This document shows, in pieces, positions 40,777-55,395 of a DNA stretch of 64,000 nucleotides. The stretch's first letter is position 1; the number at the start of each line of letters is the position of its first letter. The notes under the pieces are model-generated. The model made no database searches and had not been told where the DNA came from. It saw nothing but the letters and a program-made list of their open reading frames with translations. This DNA is from Octopus vulgaris (lineage: Eukaryota): contig OX597821.1 of assembly GCA_951406725.2 (NCBI GenBank), positions 66,402,001 to 66,466,000 on the forward strand, written 5' to 3'. The position numbers were made by a program, and so were the translations under genes.

Positions 40777-41413
40777 TCTATATATATAAAACTGTAGTTG
40801 TGTGAGTGTCTGTTCCCTTCGATTTAGATTCCTAACTACTCCCACATTTTGCGGTGCAGTTTAACCAAATTCGGGTAGCTTATAGTCGTGATTCATATCG
40901 AGCCCGTCTGAATATTAGCGCGCGTCTACGATGAGTCTACGATTTTAAAAATAATTTAACATCATTTTTTATTCCATTTTAATGCATAATTTTTCGTGTG
41001 TCGATGGCGGCGGAGTTGGCGTCCACGCTCACACCTGCACCTGTGGGGAAGGGAGTGTAAGGAAATCAACGTCGTAATGCGTTGTCAAGGAGACCAGCGT
41101 TCTTTTAGAACAACGACTTCATTGCTTGAAGACACCAAAACAGAAATGGCTAAGAAAGCGTCTACATGAGTCTACGATTTAAAAAAAAATTTACCATCGT
41201 TTTTTTTCCATTTTAATGCATTTTTCCCCTATTATATAAGGGAAGTAACTCTCTAAAAATGTCTACGATGAGTCAACGATTTAAAAAAAAATTTACCATC
41301 ATATTTTTTCCATTTTTAATGCATTTTTTGCTATTTTTTGGCTATAACTCTCTAAAAATGCTTATATAGTTATTTCCCTTACAAACCCGAGCAACGCCGG
41401 GTGATACTGCTAG
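40777..41413 (+). mobile_element. Complete non-autonomous Helitron (637 bp)
   Basis: 5' TC, 3' hairpin cccgagcaacgccggg then CTAG, inserted between A and T with no duplication. Three internal roughly 60-bp direct repeats (gtctacgatgagtc.acgattt...). Confidence 0.88.
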
Positions 41414-41527
41414 TGTATGTATGTATTTATGTATGAATGTATGTATGCATGCATGTTTGTATGCTTGTATGTATATAGGTATGTAAGCTTGTATGCATGT
41501 ATGTATGTATGTATGTATGTATGTATG

Positions 41528-41558
<31 letters not shown>

Positions 41559-42409
41559 GCGTGTATGCATGTATGTATGTATCTGTATGCATGCATGTAT
41601 ATGTGCATGTATATATGTATTACTCATTAAGTTGTTAGAAAAGTGTACAGATGGTATACTTAGAGAGAAAAATATTGACACTATATACAATAATGGTTTC
41701 AGACATTAGACTGTGGAATTGCTGGGGCACCACCTTGAATAATCTTAGTCGGACGAATCGACAGGAGCAAATAGTGGTTTTAAGCGTGGTATTTATTTTA
41801 CCGATGTCTTTGGCGAAACTGCTAGCTTATGGGGACGTAAATCGAGTCCGGATGTTAAAGCAGCGTTGTAGATAGTGGGGCAAACGCAGACTCCACACAC
41901 ACACCCACACGCACACATATATATGTATATATTACAGGTATCTCTCAGTTTCTGTCTACAAAATGTCTGGTCCGCCCGAGCAACCGTAGAAGACTAGGTG
42001 CCCCGTAGTGGGACTGAATTCGGAACTACCTGGAGCACCGCCTTTAGTCGAACAAATCGATCTCAGGACTTATTCTTTGTGAGCCTAGTAATTATTCTAT
42101 CGGTTGCATTGGTTATCAAGCGAAGACACTTGCCCAAGGTGCCACGCAGTGGGACTGGAGTCGATGTAATCGAACTTAATCACTTTGTCCTTGTTTGTTC
42201 CTTCTATGTTTAGCCCCCTGTGGGCAATAAAGAAATAAATATTCTCTGTAGAAGAGAAAAAACTAATGCTTTGCGAAGCAGCTTTAAGGTAATTCCTGGC
42301 TGACAGATTTTTCCGACTGTTAACTGTGGTTAGGAAGAAATAGTTTTCTCATCCTTGCTCCTGGATCTAGCTGCGAAATCGTCTATAATAAGATAGATTC
42401 ATTCTCAAC

Positions 42410-43115
42410 AAGCGCTAACTACATAGTTCCGGGTTCAATCCCACTGCGTGACACCTTGGGCAGATGCATTGTACTATAGCCTATGCCGACTAAAGCCTTG
42501 TGAGTGAATATGGTAGGCAGAAACTGAAAAACAAAAACCCTCGTATATACACAGATATGTATATGTATGAATATATCGATGTGCGCGTGACATTGTGTTT
42601 GTGTTTGTATTGCACCACCACTTGACAACCGGTGTTGGTGTGTTTATGTCTCTCTAACTTAGCGGCTCGGCGAAAGATAGCGATAGAATAAGAACAAGGC
42701 TTTAAATAAGAAAAATAGTGGGGTCAAGTCATTCGATTAAAATTCTTCAAGGACACTGCTCCAGCATGGCCGATATCTAGCAAATAAAACAAATAAAAGA
42801 TAGACTTCATTCTAAAAAAACTTCATTTTACAAATACATATACAGATATGTATATGTATGAATATATCGATGTGCGCGTGACATTGTGTTTGTATTGCAC
42901 CACCACTTGACAACCGGTGTTGGTGTGTTTATGTCTCTCTAACTTAGCGGCTCGGCGAAAGATAGTGATAGAATAAGTACAAGGCTTTAAATAAGAAAAA
43001 TAGTGGGGTCAAGTCATTCGATTAAAATTCTTCAAGGACACTGCTCCAGCATGGCCGATATCTAGCAAATAAAACAAATAAAAGATAGAATTCATTCTAA
43101 AAAAACTTCATTTTA
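42410..43115 (+). mobile_element. SINE family C with a roughly 290-bp tandem duplication of its tail and flank
   Basis: 42550-42835 is repeated almost identically at 42841-43120. Confidence 0.85.
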
Positions 43116-43204
43116 CAAATACATTTAACCACAATAATGACATTCGATCTCACGGTGATCACCAACAAGCAGATAAGGAAGTTACTCATTTAAACAGATA
43201 CGTA

Positions 43205-43239
<35 letters not shown>

Positions 43240-43258
43240 ATATGTATGTATGCATTTG

Positions 43259-43372
<114 letters not shown>

Positions 43373-43396
43373 TGTATATATATATACATATGTATA

Positions 43397-43438
<42 letters not shown>

Positions 43439-43658
43439 AATACATGCATAGAGAGAGAGAGAAAGAGAGTGAGGTTTCTCCCTCACTTCGCTTTTAGCTT
43501 CCTCCCTCTCCACATACACAGACTTATGAATACACGCATAACCATACACATTTATATATATATAAATGTGTATGTGTAGATATATGCATATATAAATATA
43601 TATATATATATACATATAGATATATATGCGTATAGACACATACATATATGCATATATA

Positions 43659-43706
<48 letters not shown>

Positions 43707-44074
43707 ACGAGACATGCTCTTTTATATTTCAAGATATTTATTATTTCATATACTTTATAAAATTTTTTTCATGAATTTATATAGCTATAATGTTTGTATA
43801 TTGGTTTTTTATATACTGCAGAAAATAGGTTTATATGTGTGTCTAAATACGTGTGTGGGGCATATATGCATATGCGTATGTGCTTCTAGTCGTAAGTGTG
43901 TGTATGTGTATGTATGTGTGTGCGTGTGGTGTGTGTTCATGCTTGCTTATTAGTTTGTAAATGTCATATAAGAATATATATATTCATATACACATATATA
44001 CATGTGCTTATGTGAATGTGTGTGCGTATTCATATACATACATACATAAATGAATGCATGTGCACACACACTCA

Positions 44075-44117
<43 letters not shown>

Positions 44118-44225
44118 CCATATATATACTTACATACATATATGAATGTTTAAGGATATGTCTATGCGCATATATACATACACACACACAAACATACATA
44201 GATACATAGATACATAGATACATAG

Positions 44226-44287
<62 letters not shown>

Positions 44288-44326
44288 CATACATATATAT
44301 AGATATATGTACGTATGTATTATTAT

Positions 44327-44387
<61 letters not shown>

Positions 44388-45290
44388 CATATACATACCT
44401 ACATACACATATATGTGTTTTTGTGTGCGTGTGTGTGTGGAGATACACCTATATGTGTGTACGTAGCAATAATTATACACGGGTTTTTGTGTAAAAAGTG
44501 TATTTTCTTAATAGGTATAATTTTTGAAACGAATACCTTTGTATAGAAGAGATATCTTTACACACAACCGTCCTTACACCACCCAACCTTCCGCATTTAT
44601 TCATATTTACTATTAACGGTCATATACTCCATTACATTAATTTTTTCTCTACAGATAAAAATAAAAAAAAAAAATTAGCTACTTTCATTCTCACCTTCAG
44701 TTTTCAATTTCTTTTTCACTATTTTTCTCTTGTGTTTTTGTTTCTCTTCTCTTATTTTCTTTCATGCTATATACTAAGCTAGTCGTTCCATCCACAAACC
44801 AATTTTCTCACTAAAGTTATCTACCGAATACCGTAGTTTTGAAACAATACGTAACAACATTCAACGCCTTCTTAACCTCAACTTAGTAAATGCAATAAAA
44901 CCAAACACCCCGCTCTACCCAACTTGAAATGTTTTAACAAAATCTTTTATAACTTTTCAATTAACATCTTCGGTAATAATTTACTACAAGATACAATAAG
45001 TAAAAAAAACCCAACACCATCTTGTACTAACCAGCAACCACAAACCAAAAGCTATCTTTTCTTTAATCTGATTGCATTCCGTGCTCACATTCCGCGCCGT
45101 TAAAAAATTATCTTGCTGCAAGTAGAACTAGTGTCAAAAGATAAATTTAAATGTATAAAGGTTTATTTATTTATCTATTAATTTTTTAAAAATATATTTA
45201 ATTAATTTTATAGGTTTATCACCAAAGGTTTTCTTTTTAATAAAATAATTTGAAAATGTTCTTTTTAAACACTCGTACGATTTATGTATA

Positions 45291-45328
<38 letters not shown>

Positions 45329-45711
45329 CATGCATATATGCATCCATGCATTCATATACACACATATACATATACACAAACGCAACCAGGCACACACAGA
45401 TACACACACACATGCATGATAATTCATGTGCATTCGGCTGCTAATACATGACCTTGTGATAAACACACACACACACACACGCACACTCAGACACGCAGGC
45501 ACACACACACATGCACACATGCACACTCACACATACACACACGCGCGCGCACACATACACACGCACAGATATATTTTCCATCTAATTGTTTACAACAGGA
45601 ACCAAACGGTGTATAGTTTATCCTGTTCATGCTATATTATTAGGATTATCATGCGTTTGACAATAAAATTATTTCCTTGTCTGTCTATATATATATATAA
45701 ATATATATATA

Positions 45712-45998
45712 CAACGAATGTAGGATAAATTTTTTTCTAAAAAAAAATTTTATCAATGGCCAGCATATCAAAAAATACCTTTAAAGGTTAAATTTATAAA
45801 TAACTTATAAAATAAGGGCAAAAGAAAAATTCCAATGCCAAATATGCCGAAAAAAAGACAAAATTGTCAATAACCATTATAATTTATGCGTCTCGAAACA
45901 AGGTGATAGAAATTTCTAAAAAATCCGTTATTACTCTATTGGTCTCAATTTCGGGGTTAATTCATAAGAATTTTCCCCTCCTCAGCAATAAATACGTA
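45712..45998 (-). mobile_element. Second, uninterrupted partial copy of the 13643-14606 hammerhead element
   Basis: Reverse complement aligns to 13935-14135 plus 14515-14606; (TA)n on both sides. Confidence 0.85.
45931..45991 (-). ncRNA. Type I hammerhead ribozyme motif
   Basis: ttattg-CTGAGGA-gggg..aattcttatgaatt..cccc-GAAA-ttg-agac-caa-TA-gagtaa; one mismatch in stem I. Confidence 0.75.
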
Positions 45999-46011
45999 AG
46001 ACATAAATGTA

Positions 46012-46071
<60 letters not shown>

Positions 46072-46124
46072 AGATCTATATCTGGCATAGCATGCGTAAA
46101 AAACCTTGAATGTAAAAATTATTA

Positions 46125-46399
46125 ATTAATAATGAAGGGTGCAACAGGTAGCACCAACATGCTAAAGTGGCAGTCGAAAACGACTCAAAACTACAAATTT
46201 TCACTGATACAAATTGATGATAGTGGAGGAATGAGCAGAAATCGTAAGACACCGTACGACATTGGTACCGGGTCTTAAGATTTCTGCTCATCTTGCCCGA
46301 TTTCATCAAGGTGAATTAGTGAAAATTTGTAAGTTTTGAGTCGTTTTCGACTAATATTTTAAGATGCTGGTGCTACACGGAGCATCTTTCATTATTAAT
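46125..46399. mobile_element. 275-bp rod-like palindromic element (MITE-like)
   Basis: Imperfect self-complementarity from end to end, for example agtcgaaaacgactcaaaact.caaattttcact with agtgaaaatttgtaagttttgagtcgttttcgact. Confidence 0.8.
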
Positions 46400-46516
46400 A
46401 TATATATATACATATATATATATGTGTGTATGGAGAGTTTACGAAAAGAACCCCCAAAAGACGAAGACCGGTGGTGTACAAAACAAACAGATGTATTAGT
46501 ATAACGTTCAGGAATA

Positions 46517-46569
<53 letters not shown>

Positions 46570-47260
46570 AGCGAGAAGTTGAAGTTATAAGAGATAATGG
46601 TGTCAGGTAATGCTGAATAAGTGATATAGACAGACCATAGTTAAGTTCCAGATTCGGTAATATTGCGAATAAAGGGTTCAATGTTGGTTCTATGTCAGTG
46701 TGTGTATATAAGAATTATTTGCGTAATAAGATAAAAAATCAAGGCTGTATAGATACTAGAGCATTTCTAGATAGAATGGCTTACAGCTGTTTCTAGGATA
46801 TTAATTAATAATATCTCTTCATCGGAGACGGTGTGAGAGGAAAAATTAAGTCATAGTTTCGATGTGATACAAGTAGAGATTGAGGTGGAGGAAAGAAAAT
46901 AGAAGTAAGATATGTATGGGTATTGAATTTGTAAATCCATTTTCTAGGCATAATGGTATATATGCAATATTCCAATATCCTTTGAGTAAAATCCAAAAGT
47001 CCAACAGAATTCAGTCCTTCCAAATACAGAGTTTATAAGCAATGTAAGATTCCCATATGAATGAAATCAAGCAAATTTTTAAACTTGGTCATTCCCAGTA
47101 GGGAATTTGAATACAGTGTTGCAGAGTCAAGGTTTGTATTTAAAAATACAAACATTGACTCAAGGTTTTTATTTTTACATTGCTTATAAACTCTATATTT
47201 GGAAGGACTCATATTAAACTCTGTTGGACTTTTGGATTCTACTCAAATATCTCTTCATAA
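46570..47260 (-). mobile_element. Penelope-like 3' end with hammerhead and inverted terminal segment
   Basis: Hammerhead-like motif at 46778-46829; inverted arms at 46981-47047 and 47175-47246; abuts (TA)n. Confidence 0.55.
46778..46829 (-). ncRNA. Degenerate minimal hammerhead motif
   Basis: gtct-CCGATGA (U4C change)-gatatta.ttaat.taatatc stem II-GAAAC-agct-GTA-agcc, with a palindromic loop 3. Confidence 0.55.
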
Positions 47261-47724
47261 CATACACAATTTATTAATACAAAAGATTCTTGGATAATCG
47301 GTGTTTCGACATCAAAGTGTCTTGTCAGATGCAAACACTCTCCGACCCAGCTCTATTAGTTAAACTATGAAGAATATTTACCTAAATTCTTTTGCTATTT
47401 CTAGGTTATATATGACTTGATATGGTTTGCTCTATATACTTTAACTTATCATTATAATCACTTCGAGCGAAAGCTATATCGTTGTAGTGGGAATTTATAT
47501 TAAATAGTTCTCTGACCGATGAGAACTTAGATATACGTCTGTTAATATTATTTGTAATATGCTGTATGACCTAAGGGAATGCGTAATCGGTAACGAAATT
47601 TATTCGTATTCCAGAGGGTGTATCGTAATTAGTCTATCCGAGGTATATTTCAATAAGTGTGCTAAAAATTATTAATATAAATAATGAGTTATTTATTCAT
47701 TGCTTTCTCTCTTCTTTTCTCTCC

Positions 47725-48004
47725 CTCCGTATATCATATATATATGTATGTGTGTGTGTGTGTATGTATGTATGTTTGTATTTATGTGTGTATGTAGGTA
47801 TGTGTGCATGTATGTACGTTTGTATGTATGTACGAACTTACGTAGTTCGTATGTACATATGTATGTATGTATGGAGGTACGTATGCATGTATGTATATGT
47901 ATATATGTATTATGTATGTATCCATGCATGTATGTATGTATGTGTACAAACGTACGTATGTATGTATATAGGTATATATGTATGTGCGTATGTATGTATA
48001 TATA

Positions 48005-48040
<36 letters not shown>

Positions 48041-48122
48041 TCCATGCATGTATGTATGTGTACAAACATACGTACGTATGTATATAGGTATATATGTATG
48101 TGCGTATGTATGTATGTATATA

Positions 48123-48158
<36 letters not shown>

Positions 48159-48260
48159 TGAATGTATGTGTGAATGTGTGCAAATATACGTACGTATGCA
48201 TGTATGTATATGTAGGTATACACGAACGTATGTATGTATGTATGTATATATGTATGTATG

Positions 48261-48296
<36 letters not shown>

Positions 48297-48330
48297 TGTA
48301 TGTATGTATGTATTCATGTATACGTATGTG
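47725..48330. repeat. Degenerate (TATG)n tract with an internal duplication of about 115 bp
   Basis: tccatgcatg...tacaaac...tataggtatatatgtatgtgcgtatg occurs at about 47921 and about 48041. Confidence 0.9.
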
Positions 48331-49330
48331 TGTTTATAGCTGCGTTTATGTCTGCGTGTGTTTAAGTGTTTGCTTTTGTGCGTCTATGCTAAAACTCTTT
48401 CATCTAAAACCGAACACACGAAATCATTCCTTATCTCTATTTCTGTTTTTTTTTTATTTCCTTTCTTGTTATTCTTTCATTTACTTTCTCTTTTTCCCCC
48501 CATTCAAAACTTATACAAATATTAGCACCATAAAACGTAAATTAATCTATCAACCTGTTATATCTACCATGTATTCTATTTTAATAACTGCTTTTATATA
48601 AGCCCTCCACCGATTTTTATGTCCCAACACTCTTGTGTGTACACATTTAAATACACACATTCACACTTACGTACCCCACTTTGTACTCACATAATGCACT
48701 AAAATCTCCACTTCCCGCTTTACAGCTGCCTTTTTTCCTCCTGTCAACCTCCTGCAACCTTTCCGTTTCTACGAGTCTGTTCTATCCTTGATATTCATAC
48801 TCACTATATTTGCGATCCATTTAGCATCATAAATCGTTAGTGACTCTCATTTATTAACATTTATAAACTAAATCTATAACTTTTAACTTCTCTCACCTTG
48901 TTTCCTAACAATCTGGTACGGTGTTCATGTAATTGTCAGTATTTCTTTTCTTTCTTTTCATCTTCTACGCACCAGCCCACACAAAAATTGTAAATTGTCC
49001 TTGTAATGTTCCCGTCGTCTAAAGTCCCAGTGGTAAACCGCACCACTGCTGTTAGGTGTGGTTTTTTTTTGTGTTTTTAAACACAATTCGTCCGTAAGAG
49101 TTTTATTTTATCGCCGGACTAATATCGCAGTAAATTTACATTTACGGTGTATTAAGTATGATATAAAGACGGCTATTTTAATCGTATGCTGCTTCTGTTG
49201 TATATAGCACACACACAACAACAACAATAACAAACCACGTGCATAAGAGCAAAAGAAGTAGAACTCTATCATTCAGCAACGATCCAGTATTCTCTGACGT
49301 GTATCTGCTGTTGCATGGAAGTTTAATGCA

Positions 49331-49364
<34 letters not shown>

Positions 49365-49745
49365 CATACATACATACATACATACATACATACATACATA
49401 CATGTATACATACATAAATACATGCATACATACATACATACATACATACATAAATACATGCATACACACATACATACATACATACATGCATGCATACATA
49501 CATACATATATACATACATATATACATATATACATACATGCATACATACATGTTTACATATATACACACATACCTACATACATAAATACATACATACGTA
49601 CGTACGTACATACATGCATATATACATACATACATACATACATACATACGTACGTACGTACGTACGTACATACATACGTACGTACGTACGCACATGCATA
49701 CATACATACATACATACATACATACATACATACATACATACATAC

Positions 49746-50229
49746 TGAGACCGATGAGTCAAAATAATTTTGCTGGAACTTGAATATTAAAACAGCTACC
49801 GACTTGAAACACAACCGGACGTATATTGTTGTGTAGGACCACAAAGAAAAGGTATGTTCAGTTTTGGAAATCGGCTGCCTTCTGGGTACAGATGTGGTTA
49901 GAAAAATACAAGAGAAAGAGGTTATCTAGGGACCATTGCTAAGGAGTTTGTAAATCCGGTGCCCCAGATACACTTTCAGCTTAATACCTATTATTATTGG
50001 AGCAACAGGAAACATACCAACCCGTCTGGAAGTATGGTTGAACTTGGGGTCTTGGAGAGAGAATGCAAATCAAATTCATAAGCTAGAAATGATCGCGATA
50101 ACTGGGACTATAAATGTCTGCAAGACCTTCTTAAGATTTAAAGGATGATGGTTAAACCAAGATACTTTCCTTCACAACCTTGCTACCAAGTAGGTGGCCG
50201 GTCAATAGTTTACTGTAAATTAAAAAGAA
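49746..50229 (+). mobile_element. Decayed R4/Dong-like LINE endonuclease domain and 3' UTR embedded in (CATA)n
   Basis: WNLNIKTATDLKHNRTYIVV*DHKEKVCSVLEIGC...KIQEKEVI*GPLLRSL*...LIPIIIGATG...KLEMIAITGTINVCKTFLRFKG*. (CATA)n runs 49328-49745 and 50230-50700. Confidence 0.85.
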
Positions 50230-51985
50230 CATACATACATAGATACATATATATATACATACATACATACATACATGCATGCATTCATATATACATGCAT
50301 TCATACATACATACATGCATACATACATGCATACATACATACATACATACATACATACATACATACATACATACATACATACTTACATACATAGATACAT
50401 GCATGCATGCATACATACATACATCATACATACAAACATACAGCATACATACATCATACAACACATACATCATACATACCTCATACATACATACATCATA
50501 CATACATATATACAAACATGATACATGCATATATACACAAAACATGCATAATACATATAGACATTCATCATACATGCATCATCCATACATACATCATGCA
50601 TACAGCATACCTACATACATCATACATACGTACATACATTATACATACATACATCATAAATACATATATACATGCATTATCCATACATCGTACATACATA
50701 CACGTGTTTTTTTATGTGCAGGTCTGTGTTCATATGCGCGTTTGTATTTGTGTCTATGTACCTATGCCACCATTTGTAAAACCACCGATTGTGGTTATAC
50801 CCATCAGATAAATATATATATTATAGCAATCAGATAAATATAAATCTCAAAAATATGTACCAAACTTAAAAATACAGAACTGAGGTGGGGGTCAATATCA
50901 GCGTCTGAAATCCATTTGTGATGGTCCCTCTTGCGTGGCGGAACTCTAATGATTGAAACAACTCAAAGATTGAAAGAAAATACTAGTTGAAAGCAAAATA
51001 TTTCGAGGAATTTAAGCTGAGGAATGATAGTAAGATATTAAGAGCTGTAACATTAGTCTACTCAAGAAGTTTGGAACAGAATTAAGCGTCTTAAATTTTT
51101 CCTGTTAAATACATATATGTGAAAGCAACCATTTAGCTACGGGTGAGACCCTGGTTGTGTAAAACGAACTCAACACTTGCTTCCTTAGCCAGCTTAAACA
51201 AACGGAATATGAGGACATTAGTAACTTTCCGATAATGTATCGGAAACATAAGTCAAGTTTTGACTGGACATTTTTCTGAATGAATCAAGATAGGAATCGG
51301 AAAAATATTGAGAGAGAGAGAGAGAGAGGAGAAAGAAAGGATGAAAGAGAGAGACAGAGAGAAGGAATGAGAGAGAGAAAGTGAGAAAGATTTTTATACA
51401 TTTTATAAATTTTATACATAGATACATACATACATACATACATACATACCTATATGGACATCCCCACACAGCGACATACATATATATATGCACAAATACA
51501 AACATATATCGCTCATATATGTGCTAACCCATATATATTTATGTGCTCACAGATATACAGCACATACATCTTTATACATACATATATACATACATATACA
51601 CACACAAGCCCACGCATATGCATGCATGAATACAAGCATATGTTGTAATCACATGTACATACCTACTTGGACAAATACGCATAAAGATAGGCTCATGCCT
51701 ACATACAGATATCCATACGTACATCCTACGCATACGTACGTACATACATACATACATACATACATACATACATACATACATACATGTCATATTGATCTAT
51801 CAACGTGGCTCGTTATCAAGAATGAAGTTCAGTAACACCATTGCAAGCAAGCAAGCAAAAGACAGCCTTCATGTCTGTTAATAATGCTAAAATTTAAATT
51901 ATAAATAATATCTGGCAAAAAAGCAAAAAAAAAAAAAAATTTGAAAACAAAAAAACAAAAACAAAAATAAAAAAAACATAACACA

Positions 51986-52062
<77 letters not shown>

Positions 52063-52146
52063 TAATAATAATAATAATAATAATAATAATATGTCGGGAA
52101 GACACTCGGCAAGAAATGGAAGCAAATTTGAAAGAAGAAAAAAAAA

Positions 52147-52203
<57 letters not shown>

Positions 52204-52689
52204 TAATGATAATGATAATAATGTTAATAATGAGAAAGTGTAATACTATTAAAAAAAGCACCAGATATTGGAATTCAATTTCGTTATCAAGAAAAAATTC
52301 TATTAAGTGACCGATCAAAAGAAATAAATATAAACTCGGAAGATTGAGAGAAAAGAAGAATAAAAATGGATAAAAAAAAAATCAAAAGCATCTTTGTCAA
52401 GTGGGTGCTATAAGTCAGTAATTTTTGGAAACAACAACACACGAGCACAAATGTACGCAAACGCACACGTACAGTACACGCATACACACACACACATACA
52501 TATGTATTATATATATATATATATATATATATAATGCATACACATAGATACATTCGCATAGAGAAATCGTGTGTCTTTGAGAGACAGCCGTTAGAGGTGT
52601 TTCATTCTTGTAAATTGATGTTGTCGTCATTTTGACGTTGTCGCCGCAGCCATCTTCGCCTCTCGTCATTGTCGTTGCGGCTCTTCGTA

Positions 52690-53372
52690 ATCGTCGTCGT
52701 CGTCGTCGTCGCCGCCGCCATGATCTTGGTCGTCGTCATTATCATCATCATCATCATCATCGTTGTTGTCATCGACATCATCACCAATCTTCATCATCGC
52801 CACCGACATCAACGCTGTCAAGAATCGTCATCATCTCTATCACCACTACCACCATCACTACCACCACCAACACCACCACCACCACCACCACCACCACCAC
52901 CACCACCACCACCGCAACCAACTACAACAGCAACAACGACAACAACAACACCAACACCCCCACCACCGCAACCAACAACAGCAACAACAACAACAACACC
53001 ACCAACAACAACACCAACAACATCAACAGCACTAACACTACCACCGCAGCCACAACAACAGCAACAATAAGTACAACAACACCATTACTACCATTATCAC
53101 CATCAACACCAATATAGTAATTGTCATCATCATCATCATCATCATGACGACGACACCACCACCATCATCACTACAACCACTACCATGACAACCACCACCA
53201 CCACAGCCGACACTATCACGGTCACCGCCAACATAATCATCGTCGTCGTCATCATCATCAACGGTGTCGTCATTATCATCGTTGTCGTGACTATCTCATC
53301 GTCATTAGCACTCGATTTATCCAAATTCTCATTATAATCCTTATCATTATCATCATCGCCACCACTACCACC

Positions 53373-53417
<45 letters not shown>

Positions 53418-53600
53418 GTCATCGTCATCATCACCATCATTGTCATGATCATCGTTATCACGACCGTTATCGTCGTGATCGCGGTGAAGATAATGAACTT
53501 GATTCATCATCATCATCATCATCACCACCACCATCATCTTCATCATCATCATCATCTTCATCATCATCATCATCGTCATCGTCGTGGTCCTCATCGTCAT
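52690..53600. repeat. Mixed (CGT)/(CAT)/(CAC)/(CAA) trinucleotide low-complexity region
   Basis: Direct inspection. Confidence 0.9.
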
Positions 53601-54280
53601 TGCCAACGCTGTATAAAACTGCCCTTCCCAAAGAAGTGATTGAAATCTACGAACATACCGAATATTCTGCATAGCGTAGTTTGATATAATCTGGGTGGCG
53701 ACATCATTAATATGTGCAGGCGATATCAAAATCTCTTTTTTTTTTTTTTTTTGCTATTTACCCACTCATTTCTGTTGTTGTTGTTGTTGTTGTTATTTTT
53801 AAGTACACCTTCTTTAAAATCTTTCTTCTCCATTTTGGAATTTTGTAAAATTCTTGGTCACATAATTTTAATTTCTTTTGTGTTTTAAAGAGCTTTGATC
53901 TAAAACTTCAGTGTTTGAAATAAATAGCGTCGAATTCTGATAGAGTCGTGTTTTTTTTTTTTTTTATTTATAGAAAGTAAATATATTCAAAGATCGTGAT
54001 CAACAGACACTTCTTTAACTTCTATTTTAGCTATTCAAATTATTTAGAAACAACAAATTGTTTTATCAAATTCTTTGGATATTAAGTGCGGCAAAGTTTT
54101 TCGATACTAACAATCTAATAATTAACTGCAGAAGATATAAATGTTATAGACACCAGTTCGTGTGTTCACTGCTTATCTGTTACGTTTTTTTATTTGTGTC
54201 TGTCATTAGACTGCTGTCATGCTGGGACAGTGCTTTGAAGAAGGGTTTTGGCTGAACGAATCGACCCCGATACGTAGTCG

Positions 54281-54664
54281 TTTCTACTCTAGGCACAAGG
54301 CCCGAACTTTTTTTGGGAGGGAATCATTCGATTAGATCGACTCCAGTACGCAACTGGTACTTAATTTATCGACCCTGAAAGGATGAAAGCAAAATCGACC
54401 TCGGCGAAATTTGCAGTCAGAAATAAAGACGATAGAAATAACAATATCTTTATTGCACACAAGGGGCTAAACACAGAGGGGACAAACAAGGACAGACACA
54501 CGGATTAAGTCGATTATATCGACCCCAGTACGTAACTGGTACTTATTTAATAGACCCCGAAATGATGAAAGGCAAAGTCGACCTCGACGGAATTTGAATT
54601 CAGACAAAAAATACCGCTAAGCATTTCGCCCGGCGCGCTAACGTTTCTGCCAGCTCGCCGCCTT
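54281..54664 (-). mobile_element. SINE family B, full dimeric copy
   Basis: Reverse complement aligns to 7755-8155. Confidence 0.88.
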
Positions 54665-54804
54665 CCGCAATACTTATTTTGTTTTATGGCTGGTACTTGC
54701 CCAACCGCTGGCTTCGAGGGGCATAAACAAACCAATACCGGGTGGAGGAGAGACAATCATACAAACACAGAGAGAGAGGCATATTTGTTTATTTATCTAC
54801 CTAT

Positions 54805-54866
<62 letters not shown>

Positions 54867-55320
54867 ACACACACACACATAATATAAACAAGTTACAGTA
54901 TACCGGTACGCATGGAAAATCGTGATGTTTAAGAACATGCCGATTGGTCAGAAAGATATTCTAAAAATTCAGCTTTTTGGTGCGTTCCAAGAGATACTAA
55001 AGTTGTCAAGAACTCAATTGTCAGTTAAACACATTTGAAATCTGATAAGTACACCTTGTATGAAAGCGCTAATTTTGTTAAAATACCATAATAAAAAAAC
55101 GTAAAAAACAGACTATGTTTTAACTTTATTCAGCTGATATATGATAACACTCCGAAACTCGGAATTTTATCATGGCTACCGAATAATTGTCGTCATATAT
55201 TACATTTACAAATAAATTCCTATATTTACATAATATCGAGGTCTCTTTCATTCTTTTGTTATCTTACAATTTTTATCAATATATTATATATATATATATA
55301 TGTATATATATGTATATATA

Positions 55321-55394
<74 letters not shown>

Positions 55395-55395
<1 letters not shown>

